This document shows, one piece after another, positions 12,445 through 25,336 of a DNA stretch of 64,000 bases. Source of the stretch: Magallana gigas (lineage: Eukaryota); assembly GCF_963853765.1 (NCBI RefSeq), contig NC_088860.1, positions 19,406,001 through 19,470,000 of the forward strand, given 5' to 3'. The notes beneath the pieces were generated by a model. The model did no database searches, was not told the origin of the DNA, and worked only from the letters and a program-made list of their open reading frames with translations. A program made the position numbers and the translations under genes. Within the stretch, counting starts at the first letter, position 1. Each line of letters starts with the position of its first letter.

Positions 12445-14503
12445 GGAAAATTCGAACTTAATGTTAAATTTGCACTGTATATTTACCGAAAATAGGCATT
12501 AGATCCCCTCTGGCAAGCACAATTATCCCTCAGAGCCCCTTTAGAAAAATGTTCTGGACCCAGTTATGAAAACCTTAATATAATGGGTAAAGAATCACAT
12601 GCATCTGTTCAATGTTATTTTTTTTTTACATTTCTAAATACTTGATGGATAGTGTTTTTTGATTGATATAAATTTGATTTTGTTGCAGATTTGATCAAGT
12701 TAGAAACAAGATTGAACAACAGAAAACCTAAAGGGTATGTACATGTAAAGAGAATGGCTTGACTTTGGTTTATTTCATTTGTTTAGATTTCTCTGTTTTG
12801 TACTTTATGTTGCCTGGAGATTTTTTTTTTACAAATAAGTGCTGATTGATGAAATGTACAGCAAAATGAATTTTAAACAGGGCGTGCTCATCAATCTCTG
12901 AGCTGAAAAAGAGTCATGTGATTTTCGGTTCCCATGGAGATAACCTTTGTTATTCTGATGTCATGTCTCAAACTATTTTGCAAGATACTACTGGTATGTG
13001 TTGGTTAGATTATTGATTACAAAAGTCAACTCGAAATATGATAAAAACTGTAAAATTGCTAGGAAAGATATGCATTTATTCTTATCTTTGAAATCTAAAA
13101 AATACTTTTTAAATGAATTATGTTTTTTCAGATTTTAAACGAATTATGTTTTTTCAGATTTTAATTGTGAGGGTAGACTTTCATGCATAAGAAACTTAGA
13201 TGAACATATAGTGTGTGGCTGTTTTACAAGTGGACAGTTACTAATTTGGGACACAAGGGAGAAAACTCCTTCATTACAGGAAACAGAGTGTGATAAGTCT
13301 GTGCAATGGACCATGGACTGCAGTGAAACAGACATGGTTCAGTTGTCATCTGGGGGAGACATTCAGTTTCGAGATTCAAGGAAACCTAAAACATGTAACA
13401 TGACTCTTTCCAATAGTATAGGTTTCATTTCCAAGGATCTCGAGTACCTAAAGATCTGCTTAAAGGTACGGTTAATTAATTAATTAAGATATAACAAACT
13501 TTTAAGACTAGCTTATATGACCTAAATACAAACCTAGTGAACTTATCAAATTATTACATTCATTGCTTAGAAAACACTTTGCCTAAGCACCTGTGTTTTT
13601 ATTTCCCGAGTCGTTTTATAATTTTTTTTCAGAAACAAAATGGAAGTTTACATCAGTACTCTGTGTCAGGTAAGAAAATCCCTGTAGAACATAGTTCATA
13701 CCCGTTAATTACATGCAAAAAATTCTGAAAAAATTTACTGGTTCAATACTGATAGGGAATGGTAAATTAGGCTGGGAAAGTTTTGTTATTAAATTAAGGA
13801 TGTCAATACACGTATATGTCAATACATTTATTGGCTCTTTACCATTTTGATAGATATGAACTCCAATTGGATAAAAATGCTTACAGCTAAAGCCTGTCAT
13901 TTCATTAAGCTTAATAAATATTGTTATGTTTTTAAAAATTTAATCTGAGTTTATTTTGTTTAGAAAGTCTTCTATATGTGTGCTTTTTATTTGAATGTAA
14001 TTAAAACTTCAAATGATATTTTTGAGCACTTTGCTTATTAAATGAGATATGCTTGAAAAAAAAAGTATGATAAATTTTAATTGAACTGATTTGTTAAAAT
14101 TATATATATAAAAAAAAATAAATGAAATGAACTCCAAAGTTGGCTGTATGTTGTTTATTTGCTATATAATGTATAGATGACTATAAATTTGTATAAGTGA
14201 CTATAAATTTGTATAAGTGTCCTTACTTGAAACGTAGCATAATTATTTCGTAGATTAATGATATGCATGTATATTCTAATGTTTACAAATTTGGTTATTT
14301 GTTTTTCAGGGTTTGATGGAAATGTCTATCTATTTTCATCGGATTCTCCATCCCCAGTTTTTGTTCATGAGGGACATGTTAAAAATGGAAGTAATGACCT
14401 TTCGAAAGTGAAAGTTGTGATCCATTCTTGGCATCCAACGGAAAACGTAGTTCTCTCTGCTGCTACTGACGGATCTCTACACGCATGGCAACAAACTTCA
14501 TGA
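9360..14503 (+). CDS. WDR73: WD repeat-containing protein 73 (10 exons, 353 aa)
   Basis: Exons 9360-9409, 10262-10329, 11373-11458, 11835-11923, 12236-12306, 12689-12734, 12881-12993, 13158-13465, 13633-13669 and 14310-14503 all join in frame by GT-AG introns (1062 nt). Blocks DDDDWFYDSISKYKHLYMYDL, RDFQVVTGGFS, KHIPDTR, SGFDGNVYLF and HSWHP...LSAATDGSLHAW match the vertebrate WDR73 pattern as I recall it. Confidence 0.9.
10375..10730 (+). repeat. Three tandem ~115-127 bp units with variable poly-C tracts in WDR73 intron 2
   Basis: The unit GTTACGTCTGTATACAAGGTTAGTGGC...AGAGAGCAACCCC starts at 10375, 10490 and 10617. Units differ almost only in C-run length (10 vs 22). Confidence 0.9.
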
Positions 14504-16379
14504 TATTAATTATAATAATCATGATATTAATTCAAACTCATTTAGAAAGAAAGTGGAAGTATACTGTACACAAATGAACAAGTGTTGAAAACGTACTATA
14601 AAAAAGTCTGTCCCAAGTTATTGCTTCCATCGCTTTTTGATGATTTTTAATAAAATTACACATACCTGTGAAAGAAATACAGTTGAAATCGTTAAAAGGG
14701 AATATATCCAAGATATCTTCATTGAACAATTATCCCTTTCCACTCAGAAAAATTCACAGGAACGAAAACAGATTCCTTACGGAGATTTATAATGGGGAAA
14801 GTTTACATCTTTTCACCATTCGGAATACACTCGGAATACATCGCGCAATTTTTTAACGTTATCATCCGGGCTTATTAATGGCTGTTTCAATGCAAAATCT
14901 CCGTAGACTTTCAATTTCGGGATGTGTATTAAAACCTAAAGCGGTAGAGGGGGCGTTTCAAAACAGATAATCTGGATATTTTTTATATTAGTAGATGAAA
15001 GTAATTTGAGCACAAAGGTATTTACTATTATTGAAATATCAAGCAAAAAGTGGTGGAAGCAAAAACTCGGGACAGAGTATAGCACTTTTTTTAATACTGG
15101 TAGTTATAACTTGATATAATTACATGTACATATCTTAGGTTTAAAGCTTTTAAGTTTGTTCAGTTAAAGAAAAAAGCCATCATCCAAGGAGAGATGATGA
15201 ATCTACCGGAACTCTTTTTTACTATAAATGAAGATAATCGGATTTCTTGTTTTTAAAAGGTCAGATGAAATGATACAATGAGCACATTTATTATGCATAC
15301 ATGACAAGGTTCTGCACAGCTTTTCTGAAAAAGAATGATATACGAGATTGCTTTTTGGTTATTTTTTTAAGCAAGATGATCACAGGGGCTAGATTGTGTA
15401 TCAAATGTACATGTAGTTGTTCAGAAAAATAAACTTCGCGATCGACTTCCATGGTTGATCTCTCTTTCTCATGACCCATTCTTCATTTAATTATACTTGG
15501 CTTCATCAGACACATAAATGAATTTATAAATTTATGTCTCTGGCTTCATGTTATTGTTTTTAACGGAATTGAAATTATTAAAACACGTGAAAGAATTTAG
15601 TAAGCATTGTCGCTGACCAAACAGTCCCCTTAATTCGGCCGTACCCCCCCCCCCCCCCCTTTCGGAAATGACAACCCAGTTACATTTAGATTTAGAGAAA
15701 AAAATGATGTCTTTAAAAAGCATGCATAACGTAACTTTTCATTTGTTGGTATTGTTTGTAGAATAAAAGTTTAATCAAATAATTTGATATAATGAACTTC
15801 TTGGTTTTTTCTGTGGATTATTTTTAATTCAAACGTGCTAGTTAGCACCATGTACATACGTATTAAATATAATACCACAATCAGCATTTTTGAATTGTGT
15901 ACGACCCGGAAACGATTTCATTATGTATTAAACCCTGACTACTACCGGTATAAAGTCATAGTACATGCAAAAGACAATACTATAAATGTAATGTTACATG
16001 CATGATGTTGAATAGCACGTTTGACTGTTATCCCACCAGACAGTATCAATAATTGTTTCGCGTGTGGTTAAAATTGCAAAGCAAAAGAGTAAAACATAAA
16101 ATCGGAATGGTCCTGACATATCAAGATTTTCATACTAACAAGCTGCCAAAGTTTGGTCCCAGTAATCAATAATATTTATCAAGCCTTATATTGCCGATCT
16201 CCCTGTTTAACCACTGACTACATGTAAAAGAATTCGTGTTCAAACTTAAAATAACATGTGGGACCCCTTCCATATTGTGACGTACTTTCCATCGAAATAA
16301 ATAATAATTATAAAAATCAAGATCAAATATAATTTTATAATTTATGTCTTTCCCAAAATTTTTACCTAACATTGTATAG

Positions 16380-16867
16380 CACACCGAATTCACAAAGTAA
16401 GCTAATCATAGTTTCACAGTCGATAGACTAGGTTGAACGGTTGTAATGCCGTAAACTAGCTATAGTTTATGGGCAGAAAAGTATAGATAATAATGTTTTA
16501 TATATACTTTATTAAACGCGATTTCTATGTTTTAGAAGTTTTAAACTATTATCAACACTGAAAACATCATCTGATAAATATAGTTTCACAATTTGTGAAA
16601 CTGTAATTAAAAAAATTTAATTATAGTTAACGAATGTACACTATTAATAGCTTACAGATGTAAATCTATATTTCTCAGCAAAATCTATTGTTAAAGTTTA
16701 TTACAGACAGAAAAACTTAGATTCGCATTCGTAAACTATAGTTTACAACCGTTAAATATAGTTTTACAAATGAAAACTCAAGTTAAAGAATCTTCAACTA
16801 TAGTTTATCGATAAACCTAGTTTATCAACTGTAGACATGTTTAACTTGTTTTTGTGAATGTGGGGTG
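16380..16867. mobile_element. Degenerate TIR element with internal AAACTATAGTTT repeats
   Basis: The left end CACACCGAATTCACAAAGTAAGCTAATCAT resembles the reverse complement of the right end (CACCCCACATTCACAAAAACAAGTTAAACAT). CTATAGTTT motifs repeat inside. No TSD was established. Confidence 0.5.
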
Positions 16868-17525
16868 CCACAGCAATGGGGTTACAGTGTCAACTATACG
16901 AAACTGTAACACATGAAGTTCGAATCCCGCTGGGGCTTTTATACTTTTTACCTTTCCAAAAACTTTTAAAACATTTTTGGTTAAATATTGTAAAATTTGA
17001 AAATTTAAAAACGGTGAAAGTATTTTGATTATAATATACTTTTTATCCAGATTAATATCGACAGGTGTCGCCTAGCCAAACGGAAAATCCTTGGACTATG
17101 AACAGGACATACTTATTTATATATCCGGCCTATCTTCCTCTTTCCCCGAAGCACATCATTCAAAATAACTAATGTCTTCTATTTTTGATTTTAACAAAGG
17201 TAAAAAGGTATTGCATGCATTTGCAAATAGACTGTGCATAGCAATTCATTAGTTAATTGGTTGTTGTATTTTGGGGATTTATGAATGTTGTAATTATACC
17301 AATCCTCCACTTGTTTTCCTAATAAAGCTATCAAAATGATTGTCTATGTGAAAATAAAGTTTTCAAGATAATGAATATGCCGAGAACAACCAATTGCTAT
17401 TGAATGACATTCATTGAATGTAACTTTTTCTTTTATCTGACGCTGGTTTCAAATGAAATAAAAAAAATTATACTAAACTAAAATGTTTTTCCTTAGTTAA
17501 TAATTATCATATTATATCCATATTG

Positions 17526-17763
17526 GAACCATTTTAACAAGACCTTGGACTATCGGTAAGATGTAACTTTCTCTTGCATCAGACGCTGGTTTCAAGTGAA
17601 ATATGAACAGACTGCGTAGTCTTAGCGTAAAAGCCAGACAAATCTTGATTTTTTTTCAAAGACCCATGGCTAAATGGCTAACAATGAACAAAACAGCTAT
17701 AGGCCTACGTCACAATGCTGTTTGACACAACTACCAATCCAAGCTCTTCGGTAAACATGGTTC
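17526..17763. mobile_element. Second, diverged copy of the 8442-8696 MITE
   Basis: Shares GAACCAT...ATGGTTC ends and the internal blocks CCTTGGACT, TGCGTAGTCTTAGC, AAGCCAGACAAATC and TGCTGTTTGACACAACTACC with 8442-8696. Confidence 0.7.
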
Positions 17764-18287
17764 TATTTCATTGACTAACACTCACACGATAAGGTTTATG
17801 GGAATGAGAAAATGACGAAGTAGACTAGAATATCATTCCTTAGCAGTGAAGTCTTGAAGGGAAAATGCTATAAACATTGAGTTAACGTACTTTTTGCAAC
17901 CATTACGATATTTAAAAAGTTATATTTACATCCACCAAGTGTGATTTCCTCTACTTCTTACGGAAATTGACTGTAATTCATAGCTTTGGAGAAACTGACA
18001 TGATATGAACTCTACACGCCCCGTATATCGATTGGTCGAAACCTTCAGCAACCTAAAAGAAATAAAGGAAACGATTTAAAACATTTTAACTTCAACAGTA
18101 ACATTAATATTCATGCAGCACTTCTCCTGATATGTATGAAGTTGACCAATATAATAATGTTTCTATGGATTCCGATGTTTTTAAGCATTTTGATAAGTAA
18201 GAACTTCGATTACTGGTAAATTCATGTATAGATATATATATCAAACAGCGAATTTTACTCCTTTTGAAAATTTTAAACGCATTTTAG

Positions 18288-21015
18288 ATCATTCATCGGT
18301 ACAGGCCAAACCGGAAGTGGTCATTCTCCAGGGAAACGATGGGCAAATTACATCCCCAGGTTACCCCGGTAATTACCTAAACAATGTAAATGACACGTGG
18401 ATTATAAAGACTGATGACAAAAGAGCCAATGTGACATTTTACATTCAAGAAATGGATATCGAAAAGACTCAAGGGTTTCCATGTGGCGACTATTTAGAGG
18501 TAATTATAACTGCATCTTAAAGCAAAAATATTGGCGCTTTTTGTATAGTTTATAAGTTAATTTGATTGCAAATCAGTATCATGATGATTCAATACAGATA
18601 ACAGAAGAGGACCCATGCTGCTTTCGTTTATTTAAGAGATGCGGTACTTTCAGTGGCCATATCAAGGCGCGAGGGAGAGAAATTCGGGTGTCGTTTATAT
18701 CTGACAGGACCATTACTCGTAAGGGATTCAGCCTTTACTGGAAAGGTACTACAGTCATGTATAATTGTTTTATAATTGCATTTCAGAAGATTTTTTTATA
18801 TCACAGGCACTTGTTTCAGTATTGAAGTGTAAGCTGATAGTGTTAATGTAAACTATGGGGTACACTTGAAGTGTAAGCTGATGGTGTTAATGTAAATTAT
18901 GGGGTACACTTAATCGCTGCCCGTGTTTTTAATTCACGAATTTTTATGTCATAATTTATTCCTTTTTTTAACAATGATATGATAAAAATAAATATGATTC
19001 TTCTTTTCGAAAAAATCCACAGTTTCTTCAACTTCGAAAGCTTCAGCAACAGACCGGGGGTCAACAATCGTACATTCAACTTTGAGGACAACAACTGTCT
19101 TTAAGAAAACTGTCGCTAAAAATAGAAGTGTGACTTCTCGTTCGAAATTACCAACAACTATATCTACAACAACCTTAGGAACGTCTACAAAAATGACGTT
19201 AACGCCATTTTTAGATATGTCGACATTAACTCTTTTCAAGGCTTTTAAAATGAAAGACAAATCGATCCCCTGGAGAATGTCAACAAAAATAGACTCAATT
19301 TCATTGTTTAATAATAAAGCATCATCTACATCGACAAAGGCAAACGCTAAGAAGCAAATGAACTTGATAGGTAAGTTTCTCCAATTTCATTTATTTAGAA
19401 TTTAACAGATGACATGCATGTAAGTGTGTATGTCTAAATGAATGTGGTGCTAAGTTTGGTACTTCATTGTTGATAAATAATCAATAAAAGAAACTTAATA
19501 TTTGAACATTTATTAACAGTACAGCATAAAATGCAATTATCTTTGTGATTTTTTAAATACAAATTTACTGATATGGCATTGTGATGTAGCGAATTTGTAA
19601 GACTTTATTACTTGTAAAGTTTCATCGATACTTGATGTAAAAAAATGATGAGACTTATAGTGATTAATTTTCGATTAAAAAAAATGAGATCAGTGTTGAA
19701 CCTACAAAAAAACATTTGTTTTAAAATTACAAGTAATTATAATTTGTACGTGTTTTCTAGATGCGTAATTTAAAAAAAAAGTAATGATTCAATTATTTAA
19801 GGCTAATTTATAGTTGACCCAATATCTGTCTGTAAAACAATATCGGTTTGTAAAAGCGGTTTATAAAGTGTAAACTGTTCCAATCCAGTTTATACGTCGA
19901 GTATAAACTCTGCACCATATTGAATTTATTTCTATATATCATTTTCAGATTTATAAGATATATTAGATCAATGTTGAATCTACATAATACATACATTAAT
20001 AATTCATTCAGCGGATTCAGTCTACAGCTGCTTATAATAAATATTTTTTTCTTCTATTTGATTTAAACAGCAGACAAGGACATATCCAGGAGTAGAACAT
20101 ACCAACTGCAGGAACCACAACAAGCATTAACGATACCAGTTAGAAACACGACTATGGCATCTCAACCATCGGAAACATCGAAAACTGTTATCAGACAACC
20201 ATCAACACCATCGACAGCTCCACCATCAACACCATCGACAGCTCCACCCGAAAAATCATCAAAAACATTCAAAACTTTTACCCTACAATCACTAATACCA
20301 CAGTCAACCTTTACTAAACTGCCATCAAAACCACCATCAACTGTTACCACACAACCATCAAAAACACGAGCAGCTGGACATCAGTCAACTACTCCCTATG
20401 TATCGAGGACAGATGCCAGCAAGAAGACAACGTCAGCGACCCTTTTATCAATTTCAAGTTAGTATACTACACATCATCTGATAATGAATAATCATATTTA
20501 TATATCATTGTATATGTATATATGTAACAGTTATTAAGACCTTTTCCATTTAAGTTTCAGGTTTGTCCATAAGTCTGCTGGCATTATTATTTTGCATTGT
20601 TATCTACAAAAGAAAAAGAAAAAGACGAAAACGGTATATCTAATTATTTTTAAACTGCAAATTATTATATATTTTTTGCGGGGGGGAGGGGTATTTCCTT
20701 TTAATGTACAACCATAACGATAACTTATAAATAAAAAAAAAAGGTAAAAATGGTATTGAGTTCTAAACACTGCTAAAACTTCTGTATTTATCAGATATTG
20801 TTACAAATATTGAGCATTAACACTCTATATAAGTATAAAATAACATGTAAATATGGGTTTGGAAATCAGTGCAATTATCTGCCGTTGATTCTTTGATTAC
20901 TCTATTTTTTATCTTGACAGCTCCAGGAATACAACCTCTATACACACGCATGAATTTTTGTCAGGATACGAACTCCGCTGTTATAGGACCATGCAAACCG
21001 GGCTTGTGCAAATGA
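18288..21015 (+). CDS. CUB-domain protein with Ser/Thr/Pro-rich mucin-like region and short Cys-containing tail (first exon not identified)
   Basis: Exons 18288-18499, 18598-18745, 19023-19370, 20071-20457 and 20921-21015 join in frame. The first two encode a CUB domain (GQITSPGYPGNY...TWII...CGDYLEI...CG...VSFISD...KGFSLYW). The next two are S/T/P-rich, and the last ends ...CQDTNSAVIGPCKPGLCK*. Confidence 0.8.
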
Positions 21016-22919
21016 AGGATTTCAGAGAATGTTATCATTGATTAGGGTGGCTCAATAAATATGTATACTATGTAATGAATCTATGAAGTATTTGTTTTAA
21101 TGATATAATTTTGTTAAATCATTTTCATTGCACACTGTGGATTTTTGCTTAGAAAATGAAAAAAAAAGTTTTTATAGCAAAATACCAGTACATTAAGTTG
21201 TCTTTGTTAACATGAATACAATGATATAAAATGGATGAATGCATAGAATAATTGATCCACGAAAACGCTTTTGTTATGTTTCTGATAGATTACAATTACC
21301 ATTTCCTGATTTTTTTTATACAGAACACTACCGGATAATTTTGCTAGTGCCAAGGTGGGATTTTTGCACCGGCAGGATGCAGTTTTGTAAAAATCCATTT
21401 CTACTAAATAATCGACCATTGTCTAGAGAGTATATAACCACTTTTGTTTTAAGTTTGTCTCACCTGACAGATGAAATATTTACGAAATTAATATCACATA
21501 GCAAAATTTATCATATAATAGTAAATGCGCATGCGTAATAGTATAGAAGACAGAAACCCGTAACACGTTTGTATTTATGGACCATAAATAGTTATTCATT
21601 TTTAATGTTTTATAAAAAAAAAACCAACGAAATTTTCCGATCAGATTCGGTATTTATGTACTACTCAAAAATGTATAAACTTTCAGAAAATTACAAATTT
21701 CTTCATTAAATCAATTTAATTTTTTCATTAAGGTCTCTTGACGGTGGTCATTTGACATATTTATGTCTGTTCATGTTAAAATTAACCGAAAATAGTAAAC
21801 TATTTATAATCTATTCAGGAAGTTATGACGTGTTCCGTTTAGAGAGTCCCTTTTACCTCGTATACCATGATGGCCGTAGTTGGGCGATGCTCTTGTAGTT
21901 TTCAGCACACGTCAATTACTGTCAATCAAACTCCACAAATAAACGATATAAGATTAATCCGGTTTGTACGACCCTTCAATTTCCCGAAACTCATAATTAC
22001 ATTAATTAGATTTTTATGTCCTTTAACTGTCACAACCAACGTTATATCTTATTTCCTAACGATACATTGGGTAAATCTGAAGTAAACACACATGTTTTTC
22101 AGCTGTACTGTCTTTTTAAATCCTACTTGGTTAGAAATATAAAAGCAATATATTATTACGGAATTCTAAAAGCATTCATTGAAACGTCATTGCTTTGTTT
22201 CATCAAATATGTAACCACTTTTTATCAAGTATTTAACCGTATTTACTCGATCCCAAGTGTACATAGTTTTTTATTCTAATTTTCAATTGCATAAATATTA
22301 AGAGGATTGGATTTTGCTAAAAGACAATTTTTTGCCCCATAAAACAACATTTTAAAACACGCATAAGTCTACAGTTTATGTACCGGTATATCAGATTTTG
22401 GTTTCTTGTAGAAAAATTGACTTATATTATATATTTGCATAATCTGTTTGCATTTATTGACAATACAATAATTCATTTATAAACGTCACATGTATTTTTC
22501 GACTAAAACAAAATGAAACTACATACAAGACAATATATTACTTTTTTCTTTCCCTTTCTCGTAGAAAACATACTAAATAAAAAGTTTCAGTGTTGGAAAA
22601 ATTCAGCTTTCATGATAATTTGTAAATTTGTGTTTTATATATACAGGTAAATAAGATGCTTTCTACATCTCATCAATCCTTCTATGCTATCTTTGTTGTA
22701 CATGTTGTCGTCGTCGTGGATTTTTACATTCTTAACTTATTTTAAACTTCTGGTTTATTTACAACGTTCTCTGTATAAAGCACCTACAGTGAAGAGTTCC
22801 GTGTTTGTTCAAATTGAGGACCATACCCTTTCTAAGGAGAAATAATTAAGAAAAAAATAAAACACATATACTGCCGGTCTCTCTTAAAGTTTATTTAAAA
22901 AACCAGAATATCCTGTAAA

Positions 22920-23247
22920 GGTGCCTCGCTACTTTTTCGCCACTACGCCACAAGATGGCGATTTAAATGTTTTGTTAAACTGTTTATATCGTTCGATTGG
23001 GTGGTATACCGTCGTAGCTCAGTGGTTTAAGTATTGGGCTTATGAACCGCAGATCATGAGTTCGAGTCTACCTGCAGCTTTTGCTCATGTTTACTTAATC
23101 AAATTTATAAAAATATAATTTTTCATCCAAAATTGCACATTTTTTTGCCTATTTGACTTAAATATCTTCTTATCCATTATGATATTTATCATTATCAAGT
23201 AATTTTCTGCTGATTTGAGAAAATATTTCAAGGTGTAGTGAGCCACC
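22920..23247. mobile_element. Non-autonomous Kolobok-like element carrying a tRNA-derived segment (23011-23078)
   Basis: Ends GGTG(C/G)CTC(G/A)CTAC form an inverted pair, flanked by TAAA (left) and TTAA (right). The internal GTAGCTCAGTGG (A-box) and GTTCGAGTC (B-box) are spaced as in a tRNA. Confidence 0.55.
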
Positions 23248-23454
23248 TTAAGATGGAAAGGTCAAAACTTACTATCTTTAACAATGGTAGATATGGCATC
23301 GTATGCAAAAATATGATCAGTAAGATTGAAAGCCTACAAAAGCAAGATTTTATTGGGGGCAAATATTTACCAAACCTACTATAAAACTTTAAATTTTCTT
23401 TCTTTTTTTTTTCCTTTTTTTTTTTTTTTAGAAAAAGTTTAAGATAGACGTTAA

Positions 23455-23938
23455 AGGTTACAATTTTGGTCAAATTTTATTTTTCTGTTTTCATTATTTA
23501 CAATGCTTTATGATTGCATTTCTAATGATCAAATGAAATTTGGGTGCCCGTCGATGAGTTTTAAGCAAGATACAGGGCTCACAATTCTTCGTCAAGTAAA
23601 TAAGGCTCGTGCCCTGTTTTTGTTTAAATAGGTTCAATATACCAGCAAAAATCTTTTTCAAGATGATTCGTCTATATTCTTATTCATTTTAAGCATAAAT
23701 AAACAGTTCCTAACGATTAACACATTCATTTTAGGTCTAAAACTGGAATTTTTCCTTCAACATTCAAAATGTAAACGAAAGCTTTGTTTACATAGCGAGG
23801 AATTGTAAGCTTTGTAACTCGCTTATAACTCAACAAATGACACGCAAATTTTGGTTGCCTATTAAAAATACCCCACTGAAGTATATAAACATTAAAATCA
23901 AAAAAATAACTTTTGACCAAAATCGTGACCATGCCCCT
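23455..23938. mobile_element. Non-autonomous Kolobok-like element (TTAA TSD)
   Basis: TTAA|AGG...ATTTTGGTCAAA on the left mirrors TTTGACCAAAATCGTGACCATGCCCCT|TTAA on the right. TTAA lies at 23451-23454 and 23939-23942. Confidence 0.65.
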
Positions 23939-25336
23939 TTAAACAGAGTTATTCGGTAACTATCATATGAGTAGGGTTATAACTAGTAATGGTTAGAAGT
24001 GATTACGGATTATCATTGTAGGGAACATCACCATTATATTGTCAGCTTACAATATTGGATGAATAAGTTAAAAAAGAAAGGGATTTTCGGGCATTTATTT
24101 AAGGAATATCGTATTCTATTCCTTATAGAAATAAAAGTCGTGCTTTGCTAGAAATTCGAATAATATAAAAAAGTACATGTAAAATGACTTGCTGAACTTA
24201 TTTATTTTTAAGCAATATAAATTAAATTTTTCTACAAACAATATAAACCTGAAGAACATGTATCTAATAGAACAATTACGGTATATAAATGGTCCCGACA
24301 ATTTTTTTTTTTCAAACCAAGTTGAAATTATAGCATACACAACAAAAAAATAATAACGTTTCACGTTGACAGATCAATTGATAGGTACATAGAAAGCGAT
24401 GGTAGATGAACAATTCATTAGTATATGTACCCACTACATAATTATGCATTTCTTATCATCATCGTCTAATAGAAAAAAAATTCAAAAACAAGTGTGACAT
24501 ATTTGTACTAGAAATGATTGATGATGTCATGCTAAGTGGATAATGAAAAAATATAACCAAGTAAACAAGTTGACTCACAAATAATGAGTGATAGTGATAT
24601 GAGAGATAAATCTAATAACCCTAAGGATAAAATGAACTATATAAATAGGTAATTCGATCGTTTTTTTGACCAGCAAGGTATGTCAGAATTGTAATTGTTT
24701 CATTCTTTATCTTACATAGATGTGTTTTTAAAGCTGCCTGATCCGATTTTACATTTAGCGGCGGGTTTGCATAATATATGTACTGGTATATAATAAAAGG
24801 TATTTCAGTAGTTTTTCCAGTCAATTAAGCTAGATTTCCATGAAAAAATGATATAAAATTTGTTAACATTAGAAACCATACTTGAAAGGTACAGCGTTAT
24901 TTCGTCCCTTATTAAGATTTGCCCCAGCGTGGAGGCGATTGCATTTAGACTTTAACATTTACTGTAAAAAAAAAAATCCAAATAGGATTCTAAAACTGTT
25001 GACCCATGTAAAAAGAGTGTACATTTTTTACTGATATTTTTTAAGTTTGTATTGTTTTCATTCGTTGAATATAAGTCCAATAAATCGGGAGATGAAACCA
25101 AACAGTTCCCATTTTAATGAAAATCCTATGATGCATTTTTTGTTTCCATATAAAAATTTGATTTGATTATTTTTAATTTTGAAAGAGGACTGTTTCTGCT
25201 TATGTACTTTTAAATTGGTGAAACTCTCTAACTTTTTAAGATAATTGGTTTGTATGGAAAATAATTTGATAATGTTACAGCGAAAAAATCGATCAAAGCA
25301 GCTTTAATGAAGAATCTGTTCCATAACCATGTTTAA

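Noticed and set aside
18823-18911. 44-bp tandem duplication in a CUB gene intron (similar 21-bp duplication at ~14178-14218)
   Set aside because: These are ordinary local slippage duplications away from splice sites.
23011-23078. Possible functional tRNA gene
   Set aside because: A and B boxes are present, but the acceptor and anticodon stems do not pair properly and the segment is embedded in a TIR element.
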